This document shows, piece by piece, positions 1 through 11,469 of a stretch of 64,000 nt of DNA. The translations under genes and the position numbers were made by a program. The notes under the pieces are model-generated. The model saw nothing but the letters and a program-made list of their open reading frames with translations, had not been told where the DNA came from and did not search any database. The stretch is from the NCBI GenBank assembly GCA_963760795.1, contig CAVXEP010000025.1, positions 125,404-189,403 on the forward strand. The letters are read 5' to 3'. Position 1 is the stretch's first letter, and every line of letters starts with the position of its first letter. Source of the DNA: an uncultured delta proteobacterium. Its GTDB lineage: Bacteria; Desulfobacterota; Binatia; UBA9968.

Positions 1-536
1 GCCGGATCGAGGCTGGTTAACAGCGCCGCGCGGCGGTAGAACTGCTGCGCTTCCGGCGGCTGTTTGCGGTAAAATTCGTCCGCCAGGGAATCGAAAGCTT
101 GGCGTCCTTGAGAATATTGCCGGTCCTTCTCCGAGAGCCGCTGGCTCAGCACCGCACAGAAGTGCAGCAGCCAGGTGGCATGCTTGGCGATCAAATCGTC
201 CCAAGACTCGCGGCTGAGTTTCCACAGCAGACAATCCTTGACCGTGATCACGGTAGCCGAACGCGGCGCCGATGAGAGCAACGCCATCTCGCCAAAATAC
301 TCCTGCGGACCGAGCACGGCGATGGTCTCCGAGCGGCCGCCGCCGCTGTCCACTTGAACATGCACCGCGCCGGACTGAATCAGATAGAGCGCGTCGCCCT
401 TATCGCCTTGCGCAAAGATTTTCTCCCCGCCGGAAAACTCCACTTCGACCAGATGGCCCATGATCTTGGCGACATCTTCACGCGACAGGCCGGCGAACAG
501 TGGGATGCTTCTAATGGTATCGGCTAAATCGGCCAT
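1..536 (-). CDS. cNMP-binding domain protein, N-terminal part (runs off window); paralog of 37502 gene
   Basis: Manual translation from ATG at 536: MADLADTIRSIPLFAGLSREDVAKIMGHL...QGDKGDALYLIQSG...FGEMALLSSAPRSATV, matching the cNMP phosphate-binding cassette GE...R(S)A; closely similar to 37502 ORF. Confidence 0.88.
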   Translation of the reverse strand, partial: MADLADTIRSIPLFAGLSREDVAKIMGHLVEVEFSGGEKIFAQGDKGDALYLIQSGAVHVQVDSGGGRSETIAVLGPQEYFGEMALLSSAPRSATVITVKDCLLWKLSRESWDDLIAKHATWLLHFCAVLSQRLSEKDRQYSQGRQAFDSLADEFYRKQPPEAQQFYRRAALLTSLDP

Positions 537-737
537 CGGTAGTTTGCTGTCGAAAGCGCCGCTTCATCGCTGCTTAAGCTCGACGGCATCCAGTAAGACA
601 ACAGCGACGGCAGTGCGATTCATAATCTTTCCCAATAAAGCGCGCAACCGAATCGCTCACAGGAGCGGTAATTTTCCGATATTCGCGGCAGCCGCCTGAT
701 TGAACTCATCCGTGCCGACCTCTAGGATGGGAGTGAC

Positions 738-1898
738 ATGAACAGTGAGCCGTTTTCTCTTTACATTCATATACCGTACTGCATCAGCAAGTGTCCGTAC
801 TGCGACTTTAATTCCCATGTCGTGGCGCAGATCCCGGAAGCCGGTTATACCGATGCGCTGCTGCGCGAACTGGAATATTTCGGCGAAGAAAGCGGCTGGC
901 GCGGCCGCACCTTACAGAGCATCTTCTTCGGCGGCGGCACGCCGTCGACATTCCAACCGACCAGCATCGGCAAACTCCTGGCCTGGGTCGCCGCGACCTT
1001 TCCCATCGCCAACGACTGCGAAATCACCATGGAGGCCAATCCTGGAACCGTCGACGCCGCTCATTTCGCCGGCTACCGCGACGCCGGGGTCAATCGCATC
1101 AGCGTCGGCGTGCAGTCGTTTCAACCGAAACTGTTAAAGTTCTTGGGCCGCGTCCATTCGGCTGACGAAGCCGAGAAAGCTTTGAACATCGTCAAACAGT
1201 CCGGCTTTGACAATTTCAGTTTCGATCTGATTTACGCCAATCCTGGGCAAGCCCTGGCCGATCTCGAAGCCGATCTCGACACCGCTCTGGAATTTAATCC
1301 GCCGCACCTGTCGGCTTACAATCTCACTTTCGAAGAAGGCACGCCTTTCCATCATGAATACTGCGCCGGCCGAATGGCTAATCTGGACGAAGACATAGAG
1401 ATCGCCATGGCCGAGATGATCGATGCAAAACTCGGCGCCGCCGGCTTGAAACGCTACGAGATCTCCAACTATGCACGTCGGTGGTTTCACTCGCGCCATA
1501 ATGTGAATTATTGGCATAGCGGCGATTATCTCGGCCTCGGCGCCGGCGCCCACAGCTATCGCCGCAATGACGACGGTGTAACCGGACGACGCTGGAACAA
1601 TGAGAAAAGCCCGGCCAAATACATGACTCAGATTGACGACACCCGCCAAGCCGTTGCCGAACGAGAGTCCATCGACGCTCACAAAGCGGCGGCCGAGTTC
1701 ATGTTCCTGGGCTTGCGTATGACCGAAGGCATCCGCGCCGACGCTTTCCGTCAACGTTTCGGCCAAACAGCGCGGCAATTTTATCCGCAGATCGATACCT
1801 GGATCGAAGGTGAACTCTTAATGGAGCAAGGCGAATTTCTCCGCTTCACCGCCAAAGGGCTCATGCTCGCAAACTCGATCTTCGTGCATTTTATGTAG
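738..1898 (+). CDS. hemW: Radical SAM heme chaperone HemW
   Basis: LYIHIPYCISKCPYCDFNS (CxxxCxxC), FGGGTPS, YEISNY, HNVNYW. Confidence 0.92.
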   Translation: MNSEPFSLYIHIPYCISKCPYCDFNSHVVAQIPEAGYTDALLRELEYFGEESGWRGRTLQSIFFGGGTPSTFQPTSIGKLLAWVAATFPIANDCEITMEANPGTVDAAHFAGYRDAGVNRISVGVQSFQPKLLKFLGRVHSADEAEKALNIVKQSGFDNFSFDLIYANPGQALADLEADLDTALEFNPPHLSAYNLTFEEGTPFHHEYCAGRMANLDEDIEIAMAEMIDAKLGAAGLKRYEISNYARRWFHSRHNVNYWHSGDYLGLGAGAHSYRRNDDGVTGRRWNNEKSPAKYMTQIDDTRQAVAERESIDAHKAAAEFMFLGLRMTEGIRADAFRQRFGQTARQFYPQIDTWIEGELLMEQGEFLRFTAKGLMLANSIFVHFM

Positions 1899-1956
1899 TC
1901 GCCATGTTAGAGAAGAGTTCATTCGCGACCACTTCGAGCAATCTTGGAGGATAGAT

Positions 1957-3132
1957 ATGGCAGCTAATCCGTTAGACAATCTGCGCGTCGACCATATCGG
2001 CAGCATGGTGCGGCCGGCGCAGCTCAAAGAGATCTTTGCCCGCTTCGACCGCGGTCAAGCATCCAAAGATGCATTGACCCAAGCGCAAGACCAGGCGATC
2101 CGCGACGTCATCGCGCAGCAGGAAAGTCACGGCTATCCCGTCGTCACCGACGGCGAGTTTCGCCGCCATAGCTTTCAAGAGAGCTTTTCCGAATGCGTCA
2201 CCGGCTTCGACGTGCCGAAAAATATCGCTCTCTACTACGAGAAACGCGACTTGAACGAAACTCCGCTGGAGCGCGCGGAGCAAAACTTTGACGAAGCCGG
2301 CCCCGCGATCGTCACTCGGCGAGGCGCCGCGCAAAGATTACAGGTGGTGCGCAACCTGCCGCTTGAAGAATACCGCTATGCCCAGAGCGTCTCCAACGTC
2401 CCGGCCAAAGTCACGATCCTCGGCCCTGATCGCATCGCCCAGCGCTTCAAATGGGAAGCGTCGTTGAATCTCTACAAAGGCCTCGACGACTTCGTCGAGC
2501 ATATCGTTGCCATCGAACGGCAAATGATCGCCGAGCTCGTGAAAGCCGGCTGCAAGTACATCCAGATCGACGCCCCCGGCTACACCGCCTATGTCGATAA
2601 AGTTTCGCTGGAGAGAATGCGTTCTCGTGGCGAGGAGCCGGAACGAAATTTCCAACGCTCCATCGAGGCCGACAACGCGCTGATCGAAGGTTTTCCCGGC
2701 GTGACTTTCGGAATTCATATCTGCCGCGGTAACGCCCGTACCATCGATCCGCAAACCGGCAAGCTCGTCCCCCAATGGCACCGCGAAGGCTCCTACGACG
2801 CCATCGCCGAGAAACTCTTCAACACGCTCAGACATCAAAGACTGCTTTTGGAATACGACAGCGACCGCGCCGGCGGCTTCGAACCGCTGCGCCTAGTTCC
2901 CAAAGACAAAATCGTCGTCCTAGGATTGGTCTCGACCAAGAACTCCGACATGGAAACCGTCGACGATCTGAAACGCCGCATCGATAAAGCGACTCAATAC
3001 CTGGCAATCGACCAACTCGCGTTAAGCCCGCAATGCGGCTTCGGCGGCATCGACTCGAAAGTTTTGAGCGAAGATGAGATGTGGAAGAAGCTGGATACGA
3101 TCGTCGAGACGGCAAAGCAAGTGTGGAGTTAA
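1957..3132 (+). CDS. Cobalamin-independent methionine synthase II family protein (single-barrel MetE/YxjH-like)
   Basis: DHIGS, TDGEFRR, Zn-ligand motifs HICRGN, LEYD, LSPQCGF. Confidence 0.85.
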   Translation: MAANPLDNLRVDHIGSMVRPAQLKEIFARFDRGQASKDALTQAQDQAIRDVIAQQESHGYPVVTDGEFRRHSFQESFSECVTGFDVPKNIALYYEKRDLNETPLERAEQNFDEAGPAIVTRRGAAQRLQVVRNLPLEEYRYAQSVSNVPAKVTILGPDRIAQRFKWEASLNLYKGLDDFVEHIVAIERQMIAELVKAGCKYIQIDAPGYTAYVDKVSLERMRSRGEEPERNFQRSIEADNALIEGFPGVTFGIHICRGNARTIDPQTGKLVPQWHREGSYDAIAEKLFNTLRHQRLLLEYDSDRAGGFEPLRLVPKDKIVVLGLVSTKNSDMETVDDLKRRIDKATQYLAIDQLALSPQCGFGGIDSKVLSEDEMWKKLDTIVETAKQVWS

Positions 3133-3157
3133 CCGAGACTAAAAATACTCTATGACG

Positions 3158-3442
3158 CTAACTGTCCGGCCTGACGCTACTCAGCCACTCCTCGTGCACA
3201 TCGACCCAGATCGTGTCCGTATCGTGGCAGGTCGATAGCTCGCTTAAATCGAATTTGACGGTGTAAAGCGGATTGTGAATGCCGCGGTGATCGCGGATGT
3301 TTTCCAGGATGCCATGGACTAGGCCGATGACGCCGCGCTTGCCGCGAATGTAACGTGGCGTGCGCGGGTTGCCGGCTGGGTTTTCATTGGCGACCATGAC
3401 GGCGTCGCCGATTTTATATCTGCTAATGGTATCGCTCATCAC
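3158..3442 (-). CDS. Nitrile hydratase beta C-terminal (SH3-like) domain, stand-alone; thiocyanate hydrolase alpha-like
   Basis: RTPRYIRGKRGVI, PLYTVKF, VDVHEEWL typical of NHase beta C-terminus; only 94 aa. Confidence 0.8.
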   Translation of the reverse strand: MMSDTISRYKIGDAVMVANENPAGNPRTPRYIRGKRGVIGLVHGILENIRDHRGIHNPLYTVKFDLSELSTCHDTDTIWVDVHEEWLSSVRPDS

Positions 3443-3447
3443 CGTTC

Positions 3448-4522
3448 TCAGTCAGGCCGGACGCGCGGCATTTCCGGCTCGACATGGGCTGCTTCTCTGG
3501 CGCGCAATTGCGAAGGCTCCAACGCATAGCCCGCGCCGATCAAACTATCGACCGTGACCAGCTTGGCCAATTCTGGTTCCGACATGCCCTCGGTGCCAGC
3601 AGGACGTTGAGGCAAGACGAAGTAACGCACGTCGGAGGTGCTATCCCAAACCCGCAGTTCTTTATCACTGCGGAAACTCAAGCTGAAACATGTCCTTCAC
3701 GCAGGCGCGCGGGTTTTGCACGATGTTGGCGCGGTAGCTTTCGTGCTTGTACCACCACGGAGTGTCACCGAGGATGTCGTAAGGATAACAGGAGCATAGC
3801 GTGCAGACGATAACGTTGTGCGTCTTTTCGGTATTTTCGACAACGACCAATTTGCCAACCTTGCCCTGATGCACGCCCATTTCTCTGAGCGCCTCGCGGC
3901 CGGTATCGAGCAACGCCTGTTTGAACTCCGGGTCGGTCCAAGCCTTGGCGACGATAACGCCGCCGGCCCAGGGCCGTTCTTCGTGTAATTGCTTCCAGCG
4001 CTGTGCTAAGTCTTCGCGCGTCGCCCAGCCGCGCTTGATCAACGCTTGGACGAATACTTCCAGCAACTCCTGATAGTCGTTTAGATCTTGCTCCAGGTTC
4101 ACCATTCGCTCTTCGAGGGTGCCATGGTGTTCTTTCTTCTTGATCTTGAAAAACTCGTCGTAGTCGCCGCGCTCTTTGCGGTTGTCCTCGGTGACCATGT
4201 CCATGCCTTCGACGGTGCGCGCTGAAACCAAGGCGATGCCTTTGACATACTCATCGAGCCATTCTTCCAAATAGCGCACCCGCGCTTCGACGTTTTTCCC
4301 CTGGGGCTTGGCCATCTTGAAGAAATGATCTTTCTTTTTAAGCGTCGAGCGCACTTTGAGCAGGTCGTAAAACGTCACGACGTTACGCCGGAGTAAATAG
4401 AAAATCCGCGGCTCGAAGCGCTTGGCCCGGTAATACTCCAGATCCTCTTCGACCGCTTTGATATGCGCCATGTAGTCGTGCATATGACCCTCGAAGGGTC
4501 TATGCCCATGTTTTCCTGACAT
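3448..4522 (-). CDS. Nitrile hydratase alpha / thiocyanate hydrolase gamma family subunit with long N-terminal extension (frameshift near 3670)
   Basis: VAKAWTDPEFK, VCTLCSCYP (Co-type metal site); continues after a 1-nt indel as ELRVWDSTSDVRYFVLPQRPAGTEG...VTVDSLIG. Confidence 0.88.
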
Positions 4523-4548
4523 CGAAACTTCCTCCGAGTTGCTGCGCT

Positions 4549-6267
4549 TCAGTGGGTATCAAAAATTTCCTGGTATTCTTTCAATTTCGCTTTGGTCGCG
4601 TCGGTTTCCGCGTCGGTCGGTTTGGCCGCATCCGCCGCCGGCGGTAAACAACCCAACTTCAACAAGCACGCCATTAACAACAGCCGCGCCTTGGTCGCGG
4701 TCAAATTGCTGCCGGCAATCGCCAGCGGATCGCGCGTGGCATCGACAAAACCGCCGGCGTTGCCGCGGCCGACTTTGACCACCGGCATGCCGCTGTAGGT
4801 CGCGCGCTTTAACGCCGCGTCCACCGAGTTGCTCATGGCGCCAAAAGGAGCTGAGCCTTCGGCAACGAAGCCGGCAAGCGGCGAGATGCGCAGATTGTTT
4901 TCAATGCGCGCGAGAATATCGACTTCGCTGCTGGCGTCGCCGGAGGTGTCCTCAGGCAAGTAGCGCGCATGCTTGACGATGGTAACTTTCGGAATCGCCG
5001 GCGCCAATAAATTACCCGCGGCATCCTTGATCGGCACCGCGATGATTCCGATCGTTGAACGTTGAACCGTTGAACCTTGGACACTGCGCGGCAACTGGCG
5101 CAGATTCACCAGCGATCGATGGGTATGCCGCTTGATCGGTTTGAAAGAAAACTGCGGCGCGCCGGGATGGCCCATCCTGCCGATGATACCGCCATGGCCG
5201 CCGGTAGCGATGTAGCCGCCGGGACGGGCATCGGCTTTTTGCACATCGCGCGCGGTGAATATCTGCTCGTCGAGAATCGCTACCGCGCCGATATCGTCAT
5301 GGCCGTTGTCATCGGCCCAAATCTTCGACGTGATGTAATTCACCGAATCGACGATATTGCGGTCGCCGTCATTGCCGATGGCGCCATGCGGACGCTGCGA
5401 GGAATTACCAACGATAGGCACTGTGGTGTCGATCAACAGATTGAGCCAGTACGTCGTCTCTTCGACAAACGGGCTGCCTTCGAGCCAGATGGCACCTAAA
5501 TAGCTTCCACCGCGCAAAGCTTGTTGAACGACGTTGGTCAACCGTGCCAGCGCTGCCATGGGGGGTTCTTTTCGTAGATAACCGGGACGGTAGGGAAAGA
5601 AATCACTGCCACGAATCTCGGGCGGAATGTCGCCAGTGCCGATATCGGTGCGTTCGCTCTCACGGCGACCTGTCGCGTAACCGCCTGACGGCAGTGCGCG
5701 GTAAAAGTCGAATGCAGCTTTGGCTGTAAGCAAACACCCCACGCCTTCGTCGGAGATACCCAATCGGTCGATCTCTTCAAACAAGCGCGAGCCGTCGGGA
5801 AAGAACGGCACGCGCACCCGTTCGGCAGTAATATTTTTTTCCGTGCCGTCCATCTCCCATGGCTTTCCGTTAGCTTGGCGCGCCATGTAGGGCAGCGGGT
5901 AGAGACCGTCTTCAGGTTCGAGCGTAATCTCGTAAACCGGCTTGTCGCCGGGACCGGTGCGTTCCTTGTGAAAATTACCGGCTGCGTCGAGATAGCCGTC
6001 CGGTGGCGCATAGAGCTCGGCATGGTCTCTCTCGAGCGGGTGGGCGCTGAATTGCTCGACATAAACCGTCACCGGCGCAGCCAAGCGCTGCGCGCGCAGC
6101 ACGTCGAAACGCATCGGCGAGCCGTCTTTGTTGGCGCGAACAGGCACGCCGTACTTTTCGCGCGCCTTGTTGCTGGTTACCAACGGCTCGCTGTTTTGAA
6201 TCGTCGCCGTCGGTCCGGAAAAAACCGCGATGCGCGGTTTCGCGTCGCTGCCTGTGTCAGCCATCAT
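4549..6267 (-). CDS. Asparaginase-fold protein, divergent
   Basis: EETTYWLNL, PIVGNSSQRPH..GNDGDRNI, GMPVVKVGR, SNLTATKARLLL resemble asparaginase N and C domains. Confidence 0.7.
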   Translation of the reverse strand: MMADTGSDAKPRIAVFSGPTATIQNSEPLVTSNKAREKYGVPVRANKDGSPMRFDVLRAQRLAAPVTVYVEQFSAHPLERDHAELYAPPDGYLDAAGNFHKERTGPGDKPVYEITLEPEDGLYPLPYMARQANGKPWEMDGTEKNITAERVRVPFFPDGSRLFEEIDRLGISDEGVGCLLTAKAAFDFYRALPSGGYATGRRESERTDIGTGDIPPEIRGSDFFPYRPGYLRKEPPMAALARLTNVVQQALRGGSYLGAIWLEGSPFVEETTYWLNLLIDTTVPIVGNSSQRPHGAIGNDGDRNIVDSVNYITSKIWADDNGHDDIGAVAILDEQIFTARDVQKADARPGGYIATGGHGGIIGRMGHPGAPQFSFKPIKRHTHRSLVNLRQLPRSVQGSTVQRSTIGIIAVPIKDAAGNLLAPAIPKVTIVKHARYLPEDTSGDASSEVDILARIENNLRISPLAGFVAEGSAPFGAMSNSVDAALKRATYSGMPVVKVGRGNAGGFVDATRDPLAIAGSNLTATKARLLLMACLLKLGCLPPAADAAKPTDAETDATKAKLKEYQEIFDTH

Positions 6268-6304
6268 GACCTCGCTAAAATAGAATGAGCGAAATCAACT
6301 GATC

Positions 6305-6883
6305 TCATTTAAGCGCAAATGGCAGCTGCTTAGGTCCGTAGCCCTGCCAATATTTGTTGGTTGCCGGGTCGTAGCGTCCCTGGAGAAAACCGCCGGCCTT
6401 TTCGGCGCGGACGATGATCGCTACAGTCCGTTCGTCGCCGCTCTCCTCGGCGTGAATCGCATAGGGCGGCACCAAGTCGATCTTGCCTGCACTCACTTTG
6501 ACGTTCACCGACTTGCGCACCTCGGCGTAGTCTGGCTTCGACCGATCATCGACCCGTTCATAACGCTCAATGGATTCGGAACCGTCGAGCACGCCGTAAA
6601 GCGTCCAGTTATGCGCATGATCGTGGATCGCCGTGCGTGTATGCGGCGCCTTGATCAAGCCGTTGATGACGAATTTGTAGTCGGGATCCTCATAGAAAAG
6701 CAAATTCTCGGCGCGCTCACCGCCCTGAGAGCAATCGGGCCACTGCTTCGACTGTTCTTTCACCGCCGGGTCGGCAATCAGCTCCTCAAGGAGAGGGGTC
6801 ATTTTCTCCCAGCGTTTTGCCGGATCGGTTTCCTCGGCGTGAAGCATGCGCGCGGACGCGATAAACTTTTGCACTGCAGACAT
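6305..6883 (-). CDS. Cysteine dioxygenase-like cupin
   Basis: IHDHAHNWTLYGVLDGSE and PPYAIHAE (3-His cupin motifs). Confidence 0.72.
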   Translation of the reverse strand: MSAVQKFIASARMLHAEETDPAKRWEKMTPLLEELIADPAVKEQSKQWPDCSQGGERAENLLFYEDPDYKFVINGLIKAPHTRTAIHDHAHNWTLYGVLDGSESIERYERVDDRSKPDYAEVRKSVNVKVSAGKIDLVPPYAIHAEESGDERTVAIIVRAEKAGGFLQGRYDPATNKYWQGYGPKQLPFALK

Positions 6884-6988
6884 GGAACCTCCTTCAGCAT
6901 AATGGCTGTTTTTGTGAACTAGCGAATTATTAGTCCGATGAGATACTGCTCGTCAAGCTGGGCTGAAAGATTACAAATTCCAAATTCC

Positions 6989-7030
6989 AAAAAAAAAGCT
7001 CCGACAGCGATCACGCTAGCGGAGCCTTTT
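6989..7030 (-). terminator. Rho-independent terminator downstream of ahcY
   Basis: GCTCCG...CGGAGC stem with inner AGCG/CGCT pairing, 9 T on the minus strand; T run also on plus. Confidence 0.75.
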
Positions 7031-7051
7031 GAACGGGATAGCAAATCGAGC

Positions 7052-8338
<1,287 letters not shown>

Positions 8339-8386
8339 TCAGTTAGTCGAAATGAATGGTTTAGCCAAACAATTGTTGGTAAAATA

Positions 8387-8409
8387 CAGGGTGCGCGTCG
8401 CGCACCCTG
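8387..8409. repeat. REP-like palindrome
   Basis: CAGGGTGCGC-GTC-GCGCACCCTG perfect 10-bp stem between metK and ahcY. Confidence 0.55.
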
Positions 8410-8467
8410 CTCGCATATTGTAATCTTGAGTACGAAAAATGACGGCAGAGCGCCAGGCGTGCGGTCG

Positions 8468-9646
8468 CTAGACCCGCCCAGCCGCTTTCTTGAGATCGGC
8501 CGCGCGATCGGTTTTTTCCCAGGTAAACATACCCTCTTCCGGAGCCCGGCCAAAGTGGCCGTAGGCTGCCGTGGCGCGATAGATCGGCCGCTTTAGATCG
8601 AGAGTTTGAATGATGCCCTTGGGGCTTAGATCAAAACTTTCTTGAACGATTTTGGCGATCTTGTCCTCTGGAATCGTCGCCGTGCCGAAGGTATCGACGA
8701 GCACCGAAACCGGTTGCGCCACACCGATGACATAAGCCAGCTGTACTTCGCAGCGTTGGGCGAGCTCCGCGGCAACGATGTTCTTAGCGACGTAGCGCGC
8801 CATGTAAGCCGCGCTGCGATCGACCTTCGACGGGTCTTTGCCCGAGAATGCGCCGCCGCCATGGCGGCCCATGCCGCCATAGGTGTCGACGATAATTTTG
8901 CGGCCGGTCAGACCGCAATCCCCTTGCGGGCCCCCGACAACAAATCGGCCCGTCGGGTTGACGTGAAAAATCGTGTCTTTGTCCAAATACTCAGCAGGGA
9001 TCACGGCTTTGATGACGCCGTCGATGATGGTTTCGCGCAGTTTAGCGTACTCGACATCGGCGCTATGCTGCGTTGAGATCACGACGTTTTTAACTTTGAC
9101 CGGTTTGCCGTCGCGATACTCGACCGTGACCTGGGATTTGCTGTCGGGGCGGAGAAAATAAGCTTCGCCGCCTTTACGAACCTTGGCGAGATAATGAACT
9201 AGGCTATGCGCCATCTGAATCGGGAACGGCATCAGTTCCGGCGTTTCGTCGCAGGCGTAGCCAAACATCATGCCTTGATCGCCGGCGCCTTGTTCCTTGT
9301 GCAAACCTTGGCCTTCGGTGACCCCCTGAGAAATATCCGGCGACTGTTGCTCAATGGCGGTGAGAATCGCGCAGGTGTTGCCGTCGAAACCCATCGATGA
9401 ATCCGTGTAACCGATGTCGCGCACGACATCGCGCACGATGTCGACATATGGAACCTTGGTCCTACTGGTGATTTCGCCAGCAACAACGACCATCCCAGTT
9501 TTAGCTAAGCTCTCGCAGGCAACACGGCTATCGGGGTCCCCGGCCAGGTGAGCGTCGAGTATGGCATCGGATACTTGATCGCATAACTTATCCGGATGCC
9601 CTTCCGAAACGGACTCCGAAGTGAATAAGAAATTTTTGCCGGCCAT
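8468..9646 (-). CDS. metK: S-adenosylmethionine synthetase
   Basis: [28 protein letters not shown]; ATG at 9646 with GGAGG RBS. Confidence 0.97.
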   Translation of the reverse strand: MAGKNFLFTSESVSEGHPDKLCDQVSDAILDAHLAGDPDSRVACESLAKTGMVVVAGEITSRTKVPYVDIVRDVVRDIGYTDSSMGFDGNTCAILTAIEQQSPDISQGVTEGQGLHKEQGAGDQGMMFGYACDETPELMPFPIQMAHSLVHYLAKVRKGGEAYFLRPDSKSQVTVEYRDGKPVKVKNVVISTQHSADVEYAKLRETIIDGVIKAVIPAEYLDKDTIFHVNPTGRFVVGGPQGDCGLTGRKIIVDTYGGMGRHGGGAFSGKDPSKVDRSAAYMARYVAKNIVAAELAQRCEVQLAYVIGVAQPVSVLVDTFGTATIPEDKIAKIVQESFDLSPKGIIQTLDLKRPIYRATAAYGHFGRAPEEGMFTWEKTDRAADLKKAAGRV

Positions 9647-9723
9647 CAGGAAGACCTCCAACGATCTATAAATAGAAAATTACAATCTGGTGATAATATC
9701 GGATCGAGGGTGTCGAATCAACC

Positions 9724-9999
9724 TTATTCGCTCTCGTTGAAGCGAGCGTCGATGAGCTTTTCGAGCGCTTTTACCGCCTTTTCGGCATCTTCGCCGGTGG
9801 CCTCGATCTGAATCTTGCTGCCCTGCGGAACTCCCAAGGACATCACCCCCAAAATGCTCCGGCCATCGGTGGTTTGGCCGTCAGCGGAAAAACTGATCTG
9901 TGCGGAAAACTTGTTGACGGTCTGCACCAGCAGCGCGGCCGCGCGCGCGTGCACTCCCAACTTATTCTTGATTTCGATCTTCTTTACGACTTTGCTCAT
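9724..9999 (-). CDS. ptsH: HPr/NPr phosphocarrier
   Basis: NKLGVHARAA (phospho-His), DGRSILGVMSL. Confidence 0.9.
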   Translation of the reverse strand: MSKVVKKIEIKNKLGVHARAAALLVQTVNKFSAQISFSADGQTTDGRSILGVMSLGVPQGSKIQIEATGEDAEKAVKALEKLIDARFNESE

Positions 10000-10003
10000 A
10001 AAC

Positions 10004-10870
10004 TTATTTGTCGATGTCCCGATGCTTGACATGCACGCGCAAACTACCTCCACCGAAGCGCTTTTGCAGCTCTTCGACCAAGGCGACGGAACGGTGGCGG
10101 CCACCGGTGCAACCGAGCCCTAGCGTCAAGCTGCTTTTGCCCTCACGTTCGTAGAGCGGCAAAGTAAACTCCAAGAGCGCGTAAAGACGATCGAGAAAGG
10201 CGCGGGTTTCGGCATTGCCCAGAACATACTCCTCGACTTCCCGGTCGAGGCCGCTCTTGCCGCGCAACTCGTTGACGAAATAAGGATTGGGCAGGAAGCG
10301 CACGTCGAGGATCACATCGGTGTCGTGGGGAATCCCGAACTTGTATCCGAAAGAAGTTAGAAACAGCGTCATGCGGCGCGCCGATGGGGCATCGCAAAAC
10401 TGCTGCTCCATCTCGCGCTTGAGCTCATGCACATTGAAGTCGCTGGTATCGATCACCTTGTCGGCCAAAGCACGGATCGACTCCAAGGCTATGCGCTCCC
10501 GCGCAATACCGTCCTGGACGGAACCGCCGGCGGCCGAGGGATGAGGCCGCCGGGTTTCACTGAAACGTCGCAACAACACGTCATCGGACGCGTCAAAAAA
10601 CAGCACTTGAACATGATGGCCGCCGCCGCGCACATCCGTCAGCACCTCCGGCAACTTACGCAGAAATTGACTGCCGCGCACATCGACGCCCAAGGCGATG
10701 CGCATGATATCTTCTTGGTAACCTTGGCAAAGCTCGACGAATTTCGGGATCAGCGGCGCCGGCAGATTATCGATGCAAAAAAAACCGTTGTCTTCGAGGG
10801 CGCGAATCGCAAAGCTCTTACCGGAACCGGAAAGACCGGTGATAATAAAGATGTCTAAGCCGTTGGCCAT
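10004..10870 (-). CDS. rapZ: RNase adapter RapZ
   Basis: TGLSGSGKS, RRFSETRRPHP, SFGYKFG, DVRFLPNPY, GCTGGRHRS. Confidence 0.95.
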   Translation of the reverse strand: MANGLDIFIITGLSGSGKSFAIRALEDNGFFCIDNLPAPLIPKFVELCQGYQEDIMRIALGVDVRGSQFLRKLPEVLTDVRGGGHHVQVLFFDASDDVLLRRFSETRRPHPSAAGGSVQDGIARERIALESIRALADKVIDTSDFNVHELKREMEQQFCDAPSARRMTLFLTSFGYKFGIPHDTDVILDVRFLPNPYFVNELRGKSGLDREVEEYVLGNAETRAFLDRLYALLEFTLPLYEREGKSSLTLGLGCTGGRHRSVALVEELQKRFGGGSLRVHVKHRDIDK

Positions 10871-10885
10871 ACCATAACTGGACGA

Positions 10886-11347
10886 TTAAAATTTGTCGTC
10901 TGCCGCGCTAATCAGTTGAAACAGCTCCTGTTTGGTGCTGCCCGCCATTAAATGTTGACGAAAGGATTCGTCCTTCAACAATCGGGAAATGCGCGCCAGC
11001 GCTTTTAAGTGATCGGTGGCGGCGTTCTCCGGTGCGATCAGGACAAAAAACAGGTGAGTTGGGCCGCCATCGAGAGAATTGAAGTCGACGCCCGCCGGGC
11101 TGCGCGCAAACAGACCGTAGATCTTATCTAGGCCAGGCAGTTTGCCGTGGGGTATCGCCACGCCGTCACCGATCGCCGTCGAACTGATCCGTTCCCGTTC
11201 CTTAAGCACGGCGAGAACTTGTTCTTGCTCTAAGTTCTGGTGCTCGGCGGCTAACCCTGCCGCGAGTTCTTCCAACACCGAGCTTTTGTCGCGGTTGACA
11301 AGTGCGGGTATGACGGTGTGAACGCTGACAAAATCGATAATCTTCAC
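10886..11347 (-). CDS. ptsN: PTS IIA nitrogen-regulatory protein
   Basis: RERISSTAIGDGVAIPHGK, HLKALARISR; GTG start at 11347; follows rpoN. Confidence 0.9.
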   Translation of the reverse strand: MKIIDFVSVHTVIPALVNRDKSSVLEELAAGLAAEHQNLEQEQVLAVLKERERISSTAIGDGVAIPHGKLPGLDKIYGLFARSPAGVDFNSLDGGPTHLFFVLIAPENAATDHLKALARISRLLKDESFRQHLMAGSTKQELFQLISAADDKF

Positions 11348-11469
11348 AAACTTTCCTTTTGCCGCTAAGCCGCGACGGCTCTGATTATTTTCCAGCCAGA
11401 GTCGGCGTGGCTTGACAAAACCCAACAACGATTTGAATACCGGTCATCGCCCGCACAACTCCGAACCGG

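Noticed and set aside
3665-3667. UGA in the NHase alpha gene (and at 54321-54323) as selenocysteine
   Set aside because: The downstream protein continues in a different frame, so these are indels
9647-9723. SAM or SAH riboswitch upstream of metK/ahcY
   Set aside because: The intergenic region is short and AT-rich with no recognisable aptamer core
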